A stretch of 64,000 nucleotides of DNA from Halodesulfurarchaeum sp. (GTDB taxonomy: Archaea > Halobacteriota > Halobacteria > Halobacteriales > Halobacteriaceae). The notes below the pieces were generated by a model that saw only the letters and a program-made list of their open reading frames with translations, did not search any database and was not told the DNA's origin. Location of the stretch: contig JBDGUI010000014.1 in the NCBI GenBank assembly GCA_042216015.1, forward strand, positions 3,778 through 67,777. The letters run 5' to 3'. How positions within the stretch are numbered: position 1 is the stretch's first letter; each line of letters begins with the position of its first letter. Below, piece by piece: positions 59,713 through 64,000 of this stretch. The position numbers and the translations under genes are program-made.

Positions 59713-61182
59713 TACATCTGGACGTTCAACTCCTTCATTCCGGCGGCGAGTCCGATCCTGGCGACGGTCATTTCGATCGTCGTCCTGACGCTGCAGAACG
59801 TGGTGTTCGCGACGCTGATCGCGGCGATGCCACGGGTCGGCGGCGATTACGTGTGGCAGAGTCGACTGTTGGGTGGGTTCTGGGGCCTGTTCCTCTCCTG
59901 GCCCGGCTGGATCTTCTCCCTCTGGCTGTGGGTCCCGATCTACGGGTCGATCCTCTCCTGGCTCGTGTTCGGACCGGTCTCGGCCCTCTTCGGGTACCCG
60001 GCGATGGCGGCGTTCTGGAACTCCGGAATGGGCCTGTTCGTCTCCTCGCTGGTCGTGGTCGCGTTCGTGTTCATCTACGTCAGTCTGGGCATGAAGTGGT
60101 ACGCCCGGATCCAGCAGGCCCTCTTCTACGTCGGCGTGGCGGGCATGTTGCTTTTCCTCTTCGGCCTGTTGACGACGACCCCCTCGCAGTTCCAGGCTGC
60201 CTTCGACGCTCACATGGCCCAGTGGGGCGTCGACACGACCTACCAAGGGATCCTGAGCGGCGTCGAGGTCAGCTTCGCACCGATGTTCAACCTCGATTTG
60301 GGTCCGGCCTACCGGCTCTTCCCGATGCTCCTGTTCTGGATCATGTGGACGGTCTGGGGGGCCACCCTGTTCGGCGAGGTCCGTGAGGCCGGGGAGTTCA
60401 AGAAGATGTTCGGCGTCCTCGAGGCGGCACTCATCGCCGCGGGCGTGTTCGCGATGATCCTCTGGCCGCCTTTCGACAGCGCGATCGGCTACGAGTTCTA
60501 CCAGTCGCTGAACTACCTGCACTTCGTCGGGTCCGGCGAGCTGCAGTGGCTCTCGGCGCCGACGACGATCGCGGCCATCGCCATGGGTGGGGGCGTCCTG
60601 GCGAAGCTCATGGCCGTCTTGATGGCCGGGTGGTTCTTCGCCTGGTCCGGGACGGTCTTCCTCTCCTCGACCCGGGTCATCTTCGCGACGTCCTTCGACC
60701 GGGCGATCCCCGAAATCTTCGCGACGGTGAAGGGCAAGTACAACGCGCCCTTCTACGCCATCCTGCTGATGGCGATCCCGTCGCTGATCCTCACCGTGAT
60801 TTACTTCTTCGTCCCGGGGTTCCAGACCCTGACCCTCGATGCGACCTTCCTCATCGCGATCACGTACTTCGGGACGACGATCGCCGCGCTCCTCCTGCCC
60901 TACCGGCGCCCCGACCTGTTCTCGAACACCTGGATCTCCAGGTACGAGATCGCCGGGGTGCCCATCGTGACGATCGTCGGAGCCGTCTACGCGGTCCTCC
61001 TGCTCTCGGTGTTCTACCTGTGGGCGGTCAAGGACGTCTACGGGATCAACAACGTTCGGTCGGCCGGCTTCATGGTCTTCCTGTACGCCCTGGCGGCCGC
61101 GATCTACTTCGTCATGAAGTGGTACCGGAAAAAGCAGGGCGTCGACCTGGACAAGATCCACTCGGATATCCCGACTGACTGA
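59713..61182 (+). pseudogene. APC-family amino acid/polyamine permease, 5'-truncated
   Basis: Frame is open from the IS end (YIWTFNSF...); AAMPRVGGDYVWQSR, GEVR, RVIFATSFDRAIP; no start codon or TM1. Confidence 0.8.
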
Positions 61183-61208
61183 CCAAACCGGCCGTTTTTC
61201 GCTTCGTT

Positions 61209-61958
61209 TTACTCCAGTTCCGGACGGCGGTACCAGCGTTTCCGTTCGCCCAGAAGCGAGCGGAGCTTCCATCGGAGTGTCTTCGGGACCTCGTCGATCG
61301 CTGTTTCGAGAGTCGCCAGCCGGTCCTCGACGGCGTCCTGGTCGATCGGCAGGGACTCCTCGCGGAGGTACTCCCGTACCTTCTCGATGTTGATCGAGAG
61401 GGTCTTCCACAGCCCCCAGTCGTTCCGACAGAGGTCAGCCACGTAGCTCGGATCGATGGCATCGGTCCCGGCGTCCTCACGCACCGGGTACTCCGCGAGG
61501 ATCGCGAGACTGTCCCGGATGTCACGGTCGCTTACCTCCGCGATCTGGAGCTTCGAGAGCAGGAGGTCCTCGATCGGGACCGTCCGGTCGTGGACGGCGA
61601 GTCGATCGGCCAGGCTCCAGGCATGGGAGAAGCGAAAGCGATCGAGGATGAAGTCCGCTTTCCGGTCGTGTTCGGGATCCAGGTACTCGAGGCGGTGGGG
61701 CCGCATCGTGTTGAACCGCTCGTTGGGTTCATACCCCAAGTCCGCCATCAGCGACTCGATGTCCGACTCCTCGGAGCGGTGGCCGACGAAGTCGACGTCA
61801 CGGTAGGAGCGGGCAAAGGGCTCCTCGCGGGCGGTCTCCGAGCGGTCGTAGATCGCCGTGCCGCCGATCTTCCGCACGGTGAGGTCCCGCTCGGTCGCGG
61901 CGTCGACGACACGGTCGCCCTCCGCGACCGGATCCTCGAGTGGCGTGTCAGCCGTCAT
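61209..61958 (-). CDS. nucleotidyltransferase-like (Pol-beta superfamily) uncharacterised protein
   Basis: IGGTAI...RSYRDVDF (GG plus DxD), LLLSKLQI, DIRD, DWGLWKT. Confidence 0.7.
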   Translation of the reverse strand: MTADTPLEDPVAEGDRVVDAATERDLTVRKIGGTAIYDRSETAREEPFARSYRDVDFVGHRSEESDIESLMADLGYEPNERFNTMRPHRLEYLDPEHDRKADFILDRFRFSHAWSLADRLAVHDRTVPIEDLLLSKLQIAEVSDRDIRDSLAILAEYPVREDAGTDAIDPSYVADLCRNDWGLWKTLSINIEKVREYLREESLPIDQDAVEDRLATLETAIDEVPKTLRWKLRSLLGERKRWYRRPELE

Positions 61959-62018
61959 GGGTGGTCCCCCGATCGGTCGCCTGTCATGTGAATTGATAGC
62001 ACGTGCATTCACCTAAAG

Positions 62019-63041
62019 TTATCCACGGACCAGGCCGACGACGTCGACCTCGAGGCGGAGGTCGATGATCGCGCCCTGGAGTGAGCCCTCGGAGTAGACG
62101 CTCCCCGGGTTCACCGCGATCGTGTCCCCGATGGTGGACTGGCCCCGGGACTCGTGGATGTGACCGTGGAGGCTGAGTGGCGGCTGGTGGGTCTCGATCG
62201 CCTCCCGGACCGCTTTGCTCCCGACCGGTTCGGTCGACTGGGCCCCGAACTTGGGTTTGAGGTTCTCGTCGAGTTCCGGGGCCTCGTCGAGCTGGGAGTC
62301 ATAGGGCGGGGCGTGGAAGTTGAAGATCGCCCGATCCGTGTCCTCGACGTCGGCGATGACGTTTTCGAGCCGTTCGGCCAGTTCCGCCTCGGACTCCACC
62401 CGGTCCGTGTCCCACGGCGTCGGGTTCGTCCACCCGGTACTGGCCATCTCGTAGCCCTGGCCGACCTCGACGACCTCGCCCTCGACGAGGTCGATCCGGT
62501 CTGACTCCTCCCAGACCTGATCGACGACGAAGGGGTCGTCGTTGCCCGGGGAGACGAAGAGTGGCACGCCGTCGGGCAGCCGCTCTTCGGCCATCCCGCG
62601 CCACTTCTCGGCGCGTTCGAGCATCTTCTCCTCGAAGATCTCGTTCTGACGCTCCTCAGAGTCAGGCGCCTCCTCCAAGCGTTCGTATTCGGCCTCCGTG
62701 AGGACGTAGGGGTAGTAGCCGGCGTCCTCCATCGAGGCTTTCGCCTCTTCGAGTTCGGACTCCTCGACGTGCTGTTCCTGGCCGCCGCGGTTGAAGCGAT
62801 AGGAGCCGTTCTCCTTGATGATCGGCATGATCGCCTTGCCGGTGGTGTCCCTGCCCAGTATCAGGACGTCGGCGCTGTAGAACTCCGCGCTGTTGAGGAA
62901 CTTCCGCCAGCAGACCGTCGAGCCGTGGACGTCCGTGGCGAAGAAGAGCCTGGTCACCCCCTCGTCTTTCTCCATGCCGCCCTGGCCGCTGTCCTTTTGC
63001 TCCTAGTTCAGCCAGTCCGTGAGGTCATCGAGCAAGCCCAT
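62019..63041 (-). pseudogene. Icc-like calcineurin-type metallophosphoesterase; in-frame TAG at 63003-63005, possible restart at ATG 62975
   Basis: ATDVHGS, GRD (GGD expected), PGNDD, HAPPY, GSKAVR, LHGHIHES, NPGS. Confidence 0.75.
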
Positions 63042-63122
63042 CGGTATCACGCCTCACTGTCCCATGCGACCCGACGGTTATTAAGTCCTCCCTCGGAGCG
63101 ATCCGGATCGGCGTCGAGGACG

Positions 63123-64000
63123 TCACTCACAGAGCGCCGCCTCGACGACCTCGAGTGGATGGCGCACTTCGTACTCGGTCCCGTGAGCCATCTGGGAGGC
63201 ACAGGTCGGACACTCCGTCAGCCCGGTCTCCCCGGCCACCCGCTCCATGTGCTCGAACATGTCCGCGCCGATCGCCATCGAGGTCTCGTAGTGTTCGTCC
63301 TTCCACCCGTACGTGCCCGAGATCCCGGAGCAGGAGTCACCGACGTCGGCCGGCGAGGCCCCTGAGAGGTCGGCGAATAACTCAAGTGGCTGCCCGTCCA
63401 GTCCCTGGTTCCGGGCGTGACACGGGGCGTGGTACGCCAGATCGCCGAATTCGTCCTCGTCAACGTCCCCGGCCGCCAGTTCCTCGGCGACGTCGGTGTT
63501 CGCCCTGAGGAACTCCATGGCCTCCCAGGTGTGCTCGGCCACCGTATCGATCCCGTCCAGGTCGAACAGTTCCGGATACTCCTTCCGGAGGGCCATCGAG
63601 CAGGAGGTGCAACTCGTGATGACCGCACACCCCTCCGCGATGGCCTCGCCCAGGGAGTCGACGTTGACTTTCGCGTGCCGACGGGCGTCCCCGAGCATCC
63701 CGTTGGCGAACATCGGCGTGCCGGAGCACCGCTGCTCGGGGACGAGGACCTCGTACCCGAAGTGCTCGAACACCCGGACCGTCGCCCGCGCGACCTCGGG
63801 AGTGTTGTAGTTGGCATAGCAGCCGTGGAAGTACGCGATCCGGCGATCCGCGTCCGGGGCCAGTCCCAGCCGTTCCCGGCCCTCGCGGGCCCGGATTCGG
63901 GAGGCCTCGTGCCCGCCGCGCTCGGCCCACCACTCCCGGAAGGTTTCGGTCGCGAAGGCGGGGAACTCCCGCTCGGCCGTGACGCCCAGCGTCCGCTCCA
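63123..64000 (-). CDS. glpC: anaerobic glycerol-3-phosphate dehydrogenase subunit C, 5'-partial
   Basis: IAYFHGCYANYN, QRCSGTP, SCTSC, YHAPCH, CSGISGTYGWK, TECPTC (CCG domains). Confidence 0.88.
   Translation of the reverse strand, partial: ERTLGVTAEREFPAFATETFREWWAERGGHEASRIRAREGRERLGLAPDADRRIAYFHGCYANYNTPEVARATVRVFEHFGYEVLVPEQRCSGTPMFANGMLGDARRHAKVNVDSLGEAIAEGCAVITSCTSCSMALRKEYPELFDLDGIDTVAEHTWEAMEFLRANTDVAEELAAGDVDEDEFGDLAYHAPCHARNQGLDGQPLELFADLSGASPADVGDSCSGISGTYGWKDEHYETSMAIGADMFEHMERVAGETGLTECPTCASQMAHGTEYEVRHPLEVVEAALCE

Noticed and set aside
48781-63005. Amber recoding (pyrrolysine) suggested by two in-frame TAG codons
   Set aside because: No pyl genes in the window; both genes carry other lesions, so decay is the simpler explanation

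Overview
High-GC DNA encoding acidic proteins, typical of a haloarchaeal (Halobacteria) chromosome. MobB, GlpC, form III RuBisCO and a B12-radical SAM enzyme suggest a facultative or obligate anaerobe; the taxon is an inference. Bases 1-47.4 kb are mostly core genes: panE, pgp, mobB, MscS, a Lrp-TRASH/CopZ copper pair, fba-fbp-rbcL, thiolase/DUF35, the 11-gene nuoA-N operon without nuoEFG, purKE, agl23-like, ribH-aspC, gdhA, two GT4 enzymes, rnp4, yhbY, SRP RNA, DGGGP synthase and tRNA-Arg(TCG). Bases 47.4-54.1 kb are a decaying accessory patch with a fused deletion scar, frameshifted SnoaL and FKBP genes, and small Zn-finger genes. After tRNA-Thr(TGT) lies a visibly AT-richer island: two different IS630 elements bracket a broken Druantia-like cassette (DruE-like SF2 helicase plus a translationally coupled partner). 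Next is a decaying uncharacterised module (APC permease, nucleotidyltransferase-like protein, metallophosphoesterase) beside glpC. The best leads are that module, the Druantia-like remnant, the orphan B12-radical SAM gene between purE and nuoA, the fba-fbp-rbcL linkage, and a possible riboswitch-like leader on a 40-codon ORF. All family calls come from motif recognition by eye; no database searches were run.
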